Positions 42,001-42,558 are shown, numbered from the stretch's first letter. The stretch: DNA of 64,000 bases from Candidatus Omnitrophota bacterium (GCA_022703585.1 JAKLDJ010000001.1:374891-438890); one strand, 5' to 3'. Translations and numbers: made by a program. The notes: generated by a model from the letters alone, not told the origin.

Positions 42001-42558
42001 GACCGAAATCTCTTCTAAGGTCACATCAATGTCGCGGGCCATTAATAAATCTTTAAGCGCGTAGATACCGCAGTTTAACGGATGGATGTTGGGATCCCGC
42101 AACCAGGAATAAATTTTCCGGATGCGGCTTGAGGTAAAGAAAATGTCGGAATTGATCAGAATGCTTTTTTCGTCTAATTCGGTATCAAGCGGTGAAGAGG
42201 CGCGGTTGAGTTTGAGATTGATTTGCGGATTTTCTTTGTAGGCGATCTGCCTTAAGAAACTTTCAACATTTTCGGCTATTCTTGCCGAAGACATTTCGGA
42301 GGCAGTGGCACTGGGGCTGACATAATGCGCGCCTTGATCGCCCCAGAGAACCAAGGGATTATAATTAACCGCCCAGCTGACCTGGTCGGGAACAAAAACA
42401 AGGACTATAATCAGGGCCACGGTTCTGATCCAGCTTTTAAAGCTGCTCTTAAACTCGGGCTCAGAATTAATCTCGGGCTGGAGCTCGGGTTTTATATCAG
42501 ACCCTAATCCTTTTGGAGAATCTAAATTAATATTGTCTTTTTCTTTATTTATGTCCAT
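1..42558 (-). CDS. Giant multidomain protein, at least 14,186 aa within the window. The 5' end (ATG at 42558) is inside the window; the 3' end lies beyond the window start, so the CDS is partial.
   Basis: Start ATG at 42558..42556 (revcomp of cat) preceded by GGCGAGAGGCGAGGTAGA (GAGG-type RBS). Every 60-nt printed line is 20 in-frame codons. Hand translation of about 15 separate stretches (42558-40621, 39241-39720, 32281, 29401-29760, 17461-17880, 13081-13740, 12241, 5221-6960, 3541-4860, 2461-2820, 601-1200, line 1) shows no TAA/TAG/TGA and consistently protein-like sequence. No minus-strand frame-0 ORF is listed in the track anywhere in 1..42558, which is expected if the frame has no stop and runs off the window. 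The antisense strand carries dozens of 60-220 aa ORFs, typical of a stop-depleted antisense of a real gene. N-terminus verified as MDINKEKDNINLDSPKGLGSDIKPELQPEINSEPEFKSSFKSWIRTVALIIVLVFVPDQVSWAVNYNPLVLWGDQ... Confidence 0.85.
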   Translation of the reverse strand, partial: MDINKEKDNINLDSPKGLGSDIKPELQPEINSEPEFKSSFKSWIRTVALIIVLVFVPDQVSWAVNYNPLVLWGDQGAHYVSPSATASEMSSARIAENVESFLRQIAYKENPQINLKLNRASSPLDTELDEKSILINSDIFFTSSRIRKIYSWLRDPNIHPLNCGIYALKDLLMARDIDVTLEEISVATLLVDILSNIIQPGEPKLKTSLYAINKVVKSYGLDFTTLKLSPEEILKLKTPFIANFKSEHFVTVTGMDDDNVYYTDIGRALSTPKEKFAEELSGFVLAPGIDDAIRTMAVTDSMMAFVWGSQWISRSDQLPGITSTQDLLIGAGVQTAFNLATGGTMGMMNVYSAASNFYGTLSQVGVMKWGWDPSTAFIVSTALSVATMYVGGKMEARSAARSAQAAGESLTPAQNALANQSATATFFKGLGAGLGLGLATGYIKLKMAQWVEKWGIFKKIKNPMVRNSVVGAVSSFGTNIVMTPLVVLSDSKLGTDYRETFNMGERDDLTNEFTPYGLGDAMKQTLVTSIPNLTGSIASAYMRQWLYEKYNINPQSNFSLGLSQIGGQVGSSLGSLAARYTIGKGDSKDLQLDEADTRTGFWGNFKRITSAVLMSALPAGVGALLDSIEQHNMKGAWNNGTRNKTGLSPMEMRTLALLTTSLATGLGTALVDKFIFPSQDFSGVADDKEKTEKQADTTLASDTGFWGTVISVSTNRIQLAAYNYYTVGGTAPNKFGQYGTPGIGGRSGINDFNSYTAHLAEMSGITPEFVIRSKALWEDMKEINNEKPSDERLNDEELKESYNRQILSGINPAANQLQYFFSSLNAGTINNATAFLEATFFTPAMYGIGSLVANKDSNVAAIEKAITDKGIALDSPEGKREFQERLAYKKSAVVLGIAEWTGFTPRRMARIESKGIRDITVDPRNVFEVVLNDGTKQTMSWDEAKDKGYIDANGKIAAQSNDAGEIIYAAQGVRSIAMLGNVNVTYQDGSSVRVAEAFAREQGLIDADGKAKPGRIGPSKNIVFAYEQDFHNGNKTWHLANPRFLKNGRNLNTIRMSMPHDTDKVTVTYADGETKMLSMAQAKKEGLIDKDGNATDKIAGAQSFIDPGQTIINLPEDLSEADQAHLGIFRETLMLKNQDGSAVPLVGPDRLSLDAGVVSPSGENTELTGLFSQRFNDVMSKGRTMTVAGGFENEKSPLMARFSYKKSPETDSKTRNPLTDSKGNITHWQWNSQVKFKNGVAQNISGQHGRNETTDEFIADKFISTYRVTGETIVSNGEIAIFNDLSLSKVAEKGKSDSYQGNAELMRFLKVAKGEGSAVANVQAALDQDVANLTGKTEEAVEWNLANVGGVGLVFLPAKVRRTVGASLTPEQEAEVTKHALGSDRAVDLTNELISGLANVPGGSENVNLGWQVVAQAMDVNAKGKLLAKDATPTTLFYRQGWKSRGATTVWDVEYFGTPTNDSRQTVMVNGDRTAFGASIWRIADGVDAMGTLVKGSTALNQEQQAQMDALQAQGLQEAYEAYESSGGYSKAGLMAALAAYAPTQAALDSSKSYLAMAALGGAGNKRGSLYSEFRQGDKTKSAQGVVDGGYTATDVNSGNEYTFLLYGRGQFIQYEKGEAVNRNISSAPSMPPAGGNASTATTNASTALASNTMASSASEPGASSQTTANAITNAAAQSNANVGTGMTTETSLESPNPETGDTNISSTTPGIAPVAGYSAGGEQAGKTKEELQARETQTQNAIRIFGEKKAKEVIGRDGTVADRTLLFGSLANPSGAEIFTAEESIQGKTPRLIIRDFKVFEDKGTFRYNGLGYAPNDTGRGIQDAIAVVDDQGISYYPKGDGSKPMSVNWRAFEAMVRAAELTKEQARIINESMAKESGSEGPASEHQPYGEVSPLPGGESFIGPLFLEGENSPTEVPSLSGGSTYIASVRLDGFTQSDIVRGDGKPIDLYDSSTEIENPKAANSRGELHYVPNSAKEYSVDANGQEVPGSLRMLSTEKVDKLAWDQNGPVVRLAGISRFPLDVITQDADQNAPASAAGENKNPQVSGVVTISGAPTYRMNLATGQAQPWFFAKADGTQDKSEEKPIFDQQGNLIDTGEVEAAGEQYAPYSVDLLSAVGTGVASMNPITDNTRYYYSGDKQSPQLTLVNTPTRSLGIFANGGVDYIRGQGMYVHDGTDSQLTLNKDSIPFHRFGYFLDGKQQYVYKYTNPHFVDTSKTQIVVAPDGTESIQVINQEKTLTIVATKGLFQDRTSNYSDLNLNGATAEVRATATGANGAIDVYAGEFIPAADGSFAKSHIAAGTKPDGTDSRDLVNVLPGNSGGEKMPVEPPSETAVVNPPPVGSGINPDQWAVASFGESAKREILDRQLGPNAPQNERDALDRIKGELRDGKRESRGVYALGVPVSDGKGGTVMVLNGTFNAAGGGPDSYYELGRGADGGENADGRFDPASGNTIPLNSDYGDNSGQIRIGLYRTDSDAAQLTSAGVWVDDQGRRKLFGLDVIRGMAWRNNATGAGRSFLDGGFGIADNAGLLQPQMQPEVIVTAERPEIPFAVAQPSSLSVNPALLRTGITTASALSEPVDFDVEIGPGAYEAARNHATWTHGEIGTPLSFSGTVEFTQDFEFNGVVPSRLNPGEQPFFVHGGTILTGDRNNRDTASTQGGYGEGWTSKDGRLAFIFSEGAVNLPSSYRTLGAVYHKTHVATGSEIGPADNTAGQEDSDSDFTPQVTRVNKGDVSAKRIRVTLGNGSTTALTWYGFNPAAKQHQFVSTLGDAKTTVFGTGVQDAGQAIREEGGLIFFRPDSNGQFAVMPTTPEAKEFLDGVKAKMSEYVRVRSADGAEGYVPKEHWADRTEEQEAPQGYFDRALFAAGKFNMGKPDGGRGDNDVMLQEVGEDGKSNGLWRRVDKSQFLGTIRLGGEEKNILTKLGKAVAPGLAKIGLGPQGDLAFSADVYSGGDIAIEDQSGQKVSSGLFDGIDGSYRSGDYFALGFNGGRDTGIVLDQDVIHKGLGFLAREETDSYGNVVGFGGPLRYDSFIKNEAIMAKFSGRMENFSGTVDAISLIPVFKLVGFGVKEGVKLGVSAAVKAGAKAAGTEAAEAVAKTAAVEGTEVAAREAAQVAARAAAKTAEAELAATAAQQLNANQRITLAAAKALARVNAAEVPGASFTRAAVKTSVFSLAAGNAISLGVTGKPLSFEDNIRAVTSSLGILTLGRMASLPMNTANLYAKGFMGSMKGIRPHLIGLGGAIVVGSVGGGIAEKIKSRTAGPGGVNLRPDYSAAFLKGAIKAAAVYTGFMFGLRPIFASSLSVKQAFGSVGVSAISLGVFQAANELGDPTNERTWGHALSRGKGGAIAGAEISAGLLAFRGITKLNTDPNPKNPHFVGKYLDQMTNNVANQKTFTTVRNVAGRWTAGGAAAWAYGSYKEKKLISPFSAEGGLLLVSGIALSAILLGKGSVKGYLAGGVKNLGEMKPFTLTSSMASGAIGFAEAGLIWEGSKLGFNGIKNLLTGNLPQYEGDDLLRRKAEFFVGQTVLGSIAGGFESGPFLGPVLGVTMPQAIAPAGRLAAGEKGILGWASLLGRGVKKGIDKKREGQGFFSFSPADLIGKTAKTGEYISFVHRTFGKQIAKADSLAAFLGLNDLLTAAEYKVLSRSYAAKQGIEVEDIPEAMANQLKTKAGDRALWRSVLLLPNAGGMGGVEKRIDSRPDSGNSGDRLRTDIDSPTTGGDPTARADRIEALTKTSLARAGQRAQAGDLAAAGHNLARAAGLALAGEQALRAIPTPAPSPSAERVTPAEGAIPQEASSLGSSETRAPPSAEIAERISALRKVRLQATNLIDNVNTLLSETARPQESLAAERVSLTQDLEAAQHTLGSVESALATNAAELARAQKISTSADQTLSRRQAVADRASARAADATTRNQGTHQAVRAETRAADALAKSDRAAQDAYADMALTGARVTGEQSVLEAQRARLLGDIATAQQGLRAIDGVRSREHYQQAAADARAQTLALAEATVSELSQPAASPSAEVARRSTLITANNILERINTSLSETARPQESLAAERVSLTQDLEAAQHTLGSVETALATNAAELARTQRASTSADQTLSRRQAVADRASARAADATTRNQGTHQAVRAETRAADALAKSDQAAQDAYADMALTQARVTGEQPVLESQKARLLGDIATAQQGLRALDGVRSREHYQQAAADARAQALQLAEATVRDAEAGRLPSTLEAYRHLSESADLLSPTARPQESLDAERASLTQDLQAGQDTLGSVESALATNAAELARTQRISTSADQTLSRRQAVADRASVRATDAATRNQGTHQAVRAETRAADALAKSDRAAQDAYADMALTQARVTGEQSVLEAQRARLLGDIATAQQGLRALDGVRSREAYQGLAEQARAQALELAKATVAEAGNLPSTRDAQRRLAEAADYLSQVARPQESLDAERASLTQDLQAGQDTLGSVESALATNAAELARTQKASTSADQTLSRRQAVAARASARATDATTRNQGTHQAVRAETRAADALAKSDRAAQDAYADMALTQARVTGEQPILESHQGRLLGDIATAQEGLNGLEGVRSRENLQGLTQSALAEMSRMARESYQRAEKEGATEAPAMSTVRASESSPVSRPAMQIVDSQTGDVLFNLPGVEAPAVSELAKPAARPAAEVPAASDLARPADTMAIGTELSRPAETVEFSTPTTRELGLLRSAFQEHIPAKDLSHIDFIIKGVVKNKPNATPGEIVRIVSGMLGDQILNNFLLPDAQFLHQYVAALQRGESISLQNAVPLVAKAGSAETVAPELAQPTLTAQDHFRLGESQRAAGELSSASQSFRTAQRLATEMGDSSLANRSRDQRMEILSQRRASRAVTPALAEVSGVSEAPATPVLAEPVTPAAAPEAPAPAPLQLVKSPKPAPAQTRDFVSRAMDKLRSSAASKAATIALTIGLTSSALLMSDTNLRANSRGPEQLSSRPTTEFVVQSPDTGKALASETPAAPMISPEQTELYARTLDQFENSRSQKQQELSKLNPDNLPYDAWLDPATNPQGVIRGSLTFQEGFKARIFADALREIGLQRVSNNGGTQVIAGAINDQPFRFYFHTLERKEGLPEGGIYRAAGEDSINIIGYSGHSASDALQDPSVALAPSETNEKVCFNFACFTDAFRSDMFEKWGTDVQYVSVNRPGDTYLNAEYFKQAVVGMSRHENWAQIGARADRNMPSDYARYVISPADGGVSVDLNRNMWIDRVERNISRSAIEQLSLLLPDSSGASYDATLSNRTLYLDYKVKTALGWDKELDQYKDSTWFAGWFKSPNPDEHVRVARDGKDLYFAINADHRGDLSNELIMATLYHLGEKIGELEGKDSDYGKALGLRMAFDHANSFLGGSFDAFRAKNNIPAGITEDMIETARKWNSPGARQEAMRTIASNFKADAATRKTAQPTEAIAATPAQKPASAVVEAVTLASSPLPATVQDTPKAPAAPAPLPGSPLSDASLPVLTGLLGLGIFLGAKNRNRGLSGEGDSRLAKPATRSTTESPMAKPKVRRNSGDVTLYSGVPLDAETLGELGRTVAGAARGLRELGRKASDRVSERIRERRSEDRLARVDSKARPVIGSDGPSAAKVAELMTSGGEDLSVQGAGFHPDIPKFLKKGYGSPDAKDIGQKEGLQLLTRAIERARSTTRVLANIAKGGSKSTLGVALVGKQAVSEGGMAFVIDNAGAIDRSMPEIKKMLEGEAVVERWNSDLTEADKLDLIARTDVLMLTAKQAEAFRLSESDAIWDALYAKSKGIAWQYDAEFKPYQVPMQRGGNQQEIASPKGVYEAAELAWTARKEGKIIYGEDGTASASPQLVDQVLGKLGVETEARARGEKQAEFARFVSAVEEAAKPTGHLQGDRVLTTDLDGAASPAVVMADPYKAAVQDAITRIIARENGIRVSRQGPIFVGTSVDRVRVEDFWSKFSERGFTTRRIDATGNDLSDLSGQAELALRGGELLVPESRMAGIREVPGFDVGRDTALRSRDGKAISLNSGFQETASEMAVGGRAVFVDAAGREGHTALEVQDAARRYAVSKGTDMVVLGALEGPSGSERFILRDPSKPVTESNKRPLTQEEFDLGMQNPDTKWTVLLSQPRAMGDTVDMLGLKTHPKDTLIVITNEFTRGKLASQALIRGRAPIREQGAKADYAHPELIPRKIIALDVVNFSDPAKYIEHMEGPVQRSFDRTATAQATFEYGQRQGIMRQERWEADAATDAERGALQQIRDKIAQSNHALRHSSLAEPAKEAKKTIESAIEETVNSANRVIREHFRMHPEQLRELSPRTRAEVESIMRGEQDIRITLTAESGDLSKGISVQEAQTPKEFEQAVNARLSKDMVPTYSPGFREGQMLVERVVTAEVVKPVVAADQGLVASRAPPKVIVTTAINGANGPEIKSYRSENPFFVVIPGTLPSSELQNPGAGIQLGPNQMFVPSNGSVPLGLIPQFGFIYNKDNDKNPVAIAVPLQEGGFVTAAIKDNSRFSLQGSVAIVTHENDSQISIPVREVYSVDTTAGTHSLLHREIGELPQGIQEQDLLGVKTGDRITEHGYVVSIADVGNADPAKVKAVHYAGTLVPVDSATHQFTAPFLTGFSDDIKIVEQTYQITDATKEVGDPVQYTIEGRGDLLKGLGLPGGSASQEIVSVTVGREAFAKAMEIPSRRFDEIFSRIVENGIIRQEVNTTGRSVKATTDIKAGQTGFEELQAAKADLEMAYRVADALEGLDDQESVQLRQEALEAARIIQMQIDPANKGGHIFFLSELDQDAILERTEALLRRNLVSEQAMQSLSAQDRQEKLTPVELARFMYQMEAEDTLMGAHAGGAGKNLDNIYITRTAANAKTHFEAVGQPLLAQASYEARMASAILHEAISRANTKRTHSENVRIERDMRTILASLPAVQLVPVDRDTDLRQAARERIQKRYDRNVFIAKKGFTDVQTEQGPIQREINIFSRVSLDDSGNVKLEELKGEDVKTILSGGVVLFGKGDLLPSDENARRIAEVARVDVETFALPSAPAIGQANIPAETSNLGGALPAPMQQSFPGSVPFVPGLLLPPMARGNLGQDVPGQMKEQALRADQTRRDLYALEQEAPLADSVPSLAGDGLLESGGLLKGESRLPGGDLAASAALAGDIALKADRTNQREPANKKYGGDEWLRASLDRVDGDLRVLAAEADVSYSTAVDWVRNLRNNGGDPTGKYAALVATASKARQQEVGLKGDRYPGDSIMSGLIASTRASTAEIAKARGVSETAARRYIKRYIDGDPRQRQAEFDRARGQLHKPSFDYPGHYKMAQWIKQGDGIQTQIAKNQGVSQSTISKYFEVFNEDANRRLFLKQVRTEADFKKRTGQPLNSALTSYLVDHPDTPTLKELEAALKVPPDILKTYLRDRKFVSGVLYALLLKKGEIKVSELRRKSTGTGLLSSAIKDHGLSNVFAFTHKKFHPYILDYFGIYDPRGPAIALSQAQVKTRVRDYLKALHPDRVKHALEPQLKKAGLSEDEIWRIANAQFMAIRNNGDLLLNHWTWWTRAGFAPSSAVMSRPAVARIARAVLSRRNTPQSGMLLGSGPIESAAAAPAVKVMEAAAGSKMVRTSEMAKPVSVQAMATAPMAELKLQEVSDTNLTADNNRDVALKADRSPIPSTTKVAGTSLLAQAEPQQHLAVNIESLLNGGARIRRDVLLLTSEQLARLEPGTTIVSIDGKTAVVGRDKISLDTRYNALAYGFPLENIKSIRPLPMPGQPAQARPVTDDRIRELQGMLSDSGDDNSYDADFTQTMQELWTISLTNPGLTPQVATALIESAKNNAGYRTSRALVDFSKVNPEFTEQAITTLDEIARDNPHNIYTPDALVAMVRGNPKITDRIISALESQIAINKHAAGALARTITDMPPYFTKQVYSMLKKNIDWPGVLQALAWMATVVPDYADETKSILKQEAVKGNMEAAEALVGALPKKKGKPQAFVMTARDMTPQFTKQLYSVLKSHIDQPAAPWALVQITNELDKPGVAQALARIATAVLKNHVNKPGVSKALAWIAATVPDYAAETKSVLEQEVLKGNMDAAGILAAFDMPAFRMENLSLPVIEKLASHGRHYSPRAAWQFILKAPSMAEPSPRAARIRAAQKEISNLIAQFENLAKEDGRRTDKKMVRDLREKIALPIFELAGKPVSEQSFPKMVTNYYRVPDLNIIRTVALRGNAGQELVKNRLLHRLGKVDDTRPLAVVVYPKSDHNNALLNPTNATALTKHYRVLYYEASTPDEMVSALKDATNLEDPARYQPASLVVIAGHGTRGSIQFGPKETDVLTMPVVLKKLQRAGLSRVLTADGKVMLDSCSTGAQRWYGGKNMADALARIFQRPVTAPNKPTSSRMTVNTNTGRPLAEINYTRAEKYVALPSGNNDSLVDRVRWMLSGILAQRMPVPAFTEASDNLSSRIAMTSKRQALEANPTIDNSRGDVALPANKETGDGQSSWLHLSINGTRIDIRPSDLIGLIVARQNRFGQLEDFQPMLDKVGLDHAVISQGLEKAAVDVVRYKIETVKEGYQVTKQGPVFTYLDEGGALAAFAIDRAVPGNSSYLADPDYDIVVKIPHEDLNFYSKKILAPELARGYDIIKNRLGPELTGAIVLEDVSLMIRGGHVPRKIHQYPFVFVQQKVETFANFRDRMNQEREAALAKSTTEKERAAVNRNYDKAIEDFQNDIISLRAEMARRGVIDLDVVNVARNYGRTIGPNSRVVVIDMDYLAYGEDAVHNLKKAVENYPHRVPIIVSKKVAAPADLSAEWRKGWQSRIVDMQADRSWPEFIQPELQVQLNEPYVDSIHKYWATTLQEFEAAWKSQDSTALNNSQRAVPPFYVEVTRAQEKYLAELIRESAKLGMDLPFGTDTPANGQGDISLKANRIKEEIPLTQSSQVTIGAPTVSNLSAVAQPSQPEPLSDIRAGSAMPPLPELKSGSVAVPQAPNALPETQILPPSIMTAPMPPALAVPPIASLNGTKPRWVNTAMPKPRLGIDNVPLLAFADTDNGMRQSRFDFPQSPIDSPYNTPSQKRKEAPAPTAPGPVSMPVSPQPTGNDGSSSGSSKAPVSVVAYQQGIGASSADIVKAPQIAFNNQQGFKNEILLKVKDGSKLTSGIHDNSTKPSGTLAVSQTGLNKSARQKAMDLVVRVFGSASTFTAMVANIAKALARRSESSEADFIGNVLAGNGLQKNSRRQSADKVQGARGLRLVIEGQAVEISGSARPVIGNDGEDSLVVRSFDILAANGSLSRTLPVTGLPKAGNALVVCDVLLRDTAKATEVNEEPATEPATSKPRSAEDVRNAVEETRNFKAEENSFAVESAHTNSAEIARRASLSLVTPVTPSNLPENNINSQDLSVIISKGRASNRNLRLGSFTQSAESRRASPVVDVRASDNLFNNGDLAYVGNPSSNASVQVSATTLYSFPGMLFDKDLWKGLFGNRGSARGRIPSPAVDVRASKYTRGNDVALTATRTDAERDSVRPFGYQSVIHEAAQQLVTYKEQYALRCLGEAVAYAAFSDVTPKQALAQFLTNNNIPESEKKSISAIIGKIVSDDTQETLVKFMRDARANMEDSERPLELQSKQIEATGMVFANFGGVVIEWPTGRGKTFVSTAGRASFQLMEALENRPFKSKSLILAPDITNMPRAAVYDAYLRTVSAVKLADGKPAVRVGIVLDDFSVWTYADGVAEMSLKEAEETAKQAGSYKALLREVKMADLTQDFDIVVMPQQTFLNIAKGHNEEAAAVSADTNETQAVAAAAVQSPEKIKGSKDYLSAFKPSVNDGKNRIIWDDAHIAVTEPGLIDSIRIDPERQLTDANFKSGWNLMRLFREVIKEVELRRSDLDSTHRPSPIVWGQATHPNGTTIPREAVNEQVKKEIMAHLQKLVPGLNLKEEKWIREEFEEAVDVAIMSLLDKETRDIYRTFEFPDTNGETVTGIIVHVIEKNEKVPYIMDAETGYREALSGSSHRMETEKGIRYFTSNSDSDVLVRFEGGTTGSDKVFILNEKDLVKFNYRLAQEGDSRPTHIHGSAVKAALTALKSGAGNIEAMKHYFSLRGDMTDIFSIKRFLVGKDAPTPLVLMTATPVRGPLEVLGFTNANYLQLDRVDMDSKLRMAKYIRVSAGNILEASIQGITQALRESKSVKVNKPNEVFEEWPVRVTVLVTQSGDDVYKAVARLTELKRKGAFAGDDVRIEGVEGSIGDAKTKKMDELGKVIRSEYADSSKDSRKHLIVVVNKLNDGTNLLALATDAAKAYAARIVRIGSKHTAVADVQLIGRAGDRTKKIFDDFRAPAEDMMAYIDEARIGPAERGLLVRVDIQREELKKQFPAGSSQLKSELEKLSEVEQDLFRQFAKNRGIIEDFEASLRAARQMAGVKDTSRITDVRASHTPSDMEMEQINHTYNQRFGALANLPSETKNQAAEDVARQGQIRGAPAAAIDEVSEVASSLIEAPQAIRDVLSTLPQDSDIAAFVNTLFDANKNGLFRNYNSKKPSREQSEFIDTVKNFVLAAKYGFVGTDAFGRVIELSEKGRKLSDTFKAYKAENRTSAQGQSDLVALNSAIDTVIREHRAEVIGNVADEAGLGSALDSQWNEDLLNIYLKSDGRSWRDREAVLEALNSYIARYQVAKPEGDEHSAAVVNAAKLLRTNVEDEKQKREDTEHRTVALVRKAAVSNAVKFLVKHPNFGGFLASLVLLPIAHSESISSSVIDARYNRNKVIKTLAYIYTPLNKSFNTMSPWLTELRAHKNPLKKMFSSLKTHPFHGYLLWNLTKNQMPQRAEKIDLTFKQLAEMGKAILGDKGRKENTLNGMALAGMLSNQDFERAGKAYDLLENSVPAAKQEKVLGNWTLRKFFTLMSNDYENKKGPEEGILAARGLWRLTLSAVHHVKGGWLKDRSDLGIYRGTLEYWMAKQARGLRKKGNSDGRITIALFNYSADKNSPLWKIVKKFKKEVKKDLVQEKGQSKESYQLEVERQARARAEKALKPYLFGFDYDEKANQAFKELQQRADKRDEKFDLGPITAQNLRDGNIPVDIEKENKRKERKWKSITDLASSRELEDIEEEFTPAERTRLGKMLQKKDGLERLWNALKDPAQYGQDEFLQRLRKIWIGVPDADLAGRFKATKEEKAILRAVHKGSLEREEASSDLIESAQRAAMALNRPDIALFLEGVSKSQTLGVYVVSCEKGDKRFSGKTSAFGQQGIYIFAEKDAQGQEPVALTRLNQRAKSLVDQTKRLGSADNAQYARNAAGLEADVLKNQHIDEANIMLALPGVNDTLNDGAKSRILSLMVGERTQGLEETVKHYRAVARDMLKAVKPKMDAVDASFVQKGISLVREFSRQVLPFMQDKEGRSIEGWQQYEAVTKSSSMHLGAVPEPGEGLKRITSQDGSMVVDYAGPDLTDEEKAQILKTRQARHVVEQTKRFVDMTPSLGQKKSYSEQIRGLARALNTLKDAAEIFGLDRISAIADMSQARSEVTDAMVRQGERQFFEGLGKILEKDDEDGLANKMIKQLKNPAVIVPFVRNHIVRDLEEFIAFRQAKERSIESQQAFLEHSSLRWMADKVRVLSNEELFAVKEALAEKKVSDSLLTLVANLSGISRNSERAMPPLKLTRAMIERHFDNVRDGRSEAGRILWSEFNESDINQVLAQFDSSMAGYTVSRVELDVLSLSLKERVQKFQNALKAKGYLPESYKVKGKMDITTQAAYEKFAADETAEDREYIEDLHTSATIKQAHISQGPSLVYLRAPDEQDGYLAAVVLSEHGQLLGKEKEDGTVDFYGFPNKEEFFAAFKNGGNVIFSVNGSYAGSLLVRDRNVAQRMQGTVSSNAKRLDLKAALDINKEKTDGTVEKRTIKSDMGEVSGIKFFKGMHLNHEQLKSWFNLSDWQASRAHNPGKPVRVTKWNLAVPNLSVAVFLLMKGSFMAHLTYGVLGYFGQKMGVTSKTHGATQMGNALLGMGLWGFAKTGTGVAALGSIAKSIGVSSVVIAGAEISAVTVMVMAITASLGIALSVASHLLKQYASDSMIANIDKFTLYGESAFKTHDLFRLPKRISSNRTQIRGSLTMIVPLAGSAYFFSAGATLPGIIAAAMLPVIAIFINHEPRHSIEAARFGKVTSKMEFTAMGGLATIKGLSELTPAKAFWVAGVGPIGDTFLMGPTWFTIGLMQSGFGLLPAVAGVAGFYSLMYATHRLTAKSSALRVMSYFVPAVYLAAVLATGNLSIVGNHLPAAAHDGSVFQLWDYISKNLVHASSLGQINNAMKDISGIRELLGNLNFFTQLGTLTVMLGFFNGLPIHPMDGGRMLQAFLEPTDYSGLGSKLWRIGFAGAMFAVPSAIFLGAGGMIPPVFGSAFVINVAIYTFPQFIASVVNAFKENSLETTQTIGLVGGGLFVLAAVSSQNLMVGIMGVSLALQNLTQIMGVKPHNREGLHSGLPSLDLRKIREDRGVVAEQTPAPAPAEPKSIPVNVPANGVPPVAPTPNGGKGLPMHFAPATNMPVLYQPIFTLGEARTGVRVIYRTAGNSTGIHGNSTSAGPSSHKGVGVDNESATAVSNPTRTIPGFISFISGVKPRLNAVSSFNGIHNIPTQNDYNQKPKQSPANLQSKFAEISSRRIVGTDHGGALWTLDHQTPVTRHQSPVTGQTTNTLHSITLLNLAETIASLAPAAKRLLAKLGSSLSSITTGKFTPAMGKKTPGKLSMPMTQKLFASLPATPALSGIKLGETSSLNSFVPFVFAFGMAQDADSVIAQLGWERNVAKDAVKLMATMNIAEGDTVVFVGGRYFMEPMIAAAAFGARVISIDPIYENCDNPAMARSHSAELVPAQYISLVEGIEFISERLGELSGATKALLAGAGTIKGIVALNVIDDVYPDLAVEILYDALELISDRGSIALSVGLPRYEWKIDDAREALELLAHKIGGWRVEKIAENLQTGKTYYNRATVFQVIKNLVDAGPSMPLAGIAIARRMSDVEINIARYEERYRAMMSDFNEEPFSLNPVSQALVERQRNMTVAEAVEIYVKAVKEYGVSQDKGRYEGRDPVMLFGEPKAWCDIYGNKVAGSAGMAELLKESGRDERIKEAVLQSGIITIALNFLQERIKSGELTADESRKLFNQAADNLNAFNLVALPFAALMGLFTLAAQARVEEAGESSGHWAQLSLSEFNAARERVLWAVRHIGATYPVRQGNTRTALITNTKFILDLFRNPNRERTRFFIMAFNELWGGRENANRTLLRTSLGRVINMSPLFWAPVSKTGFYSSLHSVDYTLQVIEHEMAVTLLAREILKNKQLCAGAAQIALADFVGLSHDLGKLDEELITVFSDRRRYWKEGDPVHGNDQVLSKVDTERAREHGQISIDLLRVSGIALPEGAQEVILSMHAPKPAESFRLVSSVMRLADGFDGILDTLRPYHRELRERVRNGSSISAEACRTFVIQRQYLRLMESSVFELPIYLALVELFEKKDPTFMAVANRTREDLVELPTPRSLTQILRPMKLAEGEAVYGFSLLAPVAFTVMALGFMSYDIVRFFNKHIRDRKPVQISSLKKTWPLVAVPVVAAAGAMYMDPIAVEKTALVTGIIGAAAAVAGITKIIVDSRRKSAPRQIRAMAVRRGQREQTRREFLSLMVKGAAGLAVAGSGVYGIAKKVVEIEEASRIRKEAEKAEQAMADFKARLTEAAYRLDSFSGSLNNTRTFSTMIAVLSTLLPRGKKEELVAGWNLRPEVAKDQERFTANLANHPERISDLLETLIYAGTIDRLEVFYAQLMRRSDANTAQALGQARIALKRGMTDRERKNPTLYYVLTAQDKAAARRTLSFVRFADLARAHGIPSEGIIAIWMMETPDQSRITINSNRYFTLERKGLGKSTGWDMGVSQVKGRNFEKFFGSLEGSRNPFNAEDNTTVAIMLLKDIHDRISKMIGSRMSDADIWRLAFGIYHIGQDTDVNDAIRECLNGSADKISYEKMLACISRGQNTNAHWYASNVDATRLVLNEVIALTQELPGLKIRMQEYKTVAAVADHSNLQASMPGILPLIIASLALAKMISMVRSSVRDRSQAKSGPASTRSNRAEAGTVPVNSLPPATTIPAPKLPVAPQVPNQFKGFNPIAPLMMPVHMILGALNNLFGAGTAYADEVGKNEQVLQNGFEGARPGSVMAAPVAQSVAAVKTSKARLLAVNPAAVVRLALLTHHFVSSHIYS
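28750..31050 (-). repeat. Four tandem in-frame coding repeats, unit 582/588/615 nt (194-205 codons), about 90% nt identity, inside the giant CDS.
   Basis: Anchor string cgccggtaacacgggc recurs at 28905, 29487, 30075 and 30690. Flanking strings (ttgggttaaagccatgtcggcataggcatcctgggc..., ctaattcagcggcattggttgctaaggcagattcaacactgcctaaggtat) recur with the same spacing. Spacings are multiples of 3. One verified unit translates to ...TLGSVESALATNAAELARTQRISTSADQTLSRRQAVADRASVRATDAATRNQGTHQAVRAETRAADALAKSDRAAQDAYADMALTQARVTGEQSVLEAQRARLLGDIATAQQGLRALDGV... (Ala/Gln/Arg/Leu-rich, predicted helical or coiled-coil). Confidence 0.85.

Noticed and set aside
25-42507. Dozens of plus-strand ORFs of 60-220 aa across the first 42 kb (for example 6251..6748, 7607..8227, 14312..14902, 30929..31558, 31628..32302, 32843..33508).
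   Set aside because: They are all antisense to the giant minus-strand CDS. Their translations are low-complexity and have no recognisable motifs. Their abundance is the expected by-product of a stop-depleted antisense strand.
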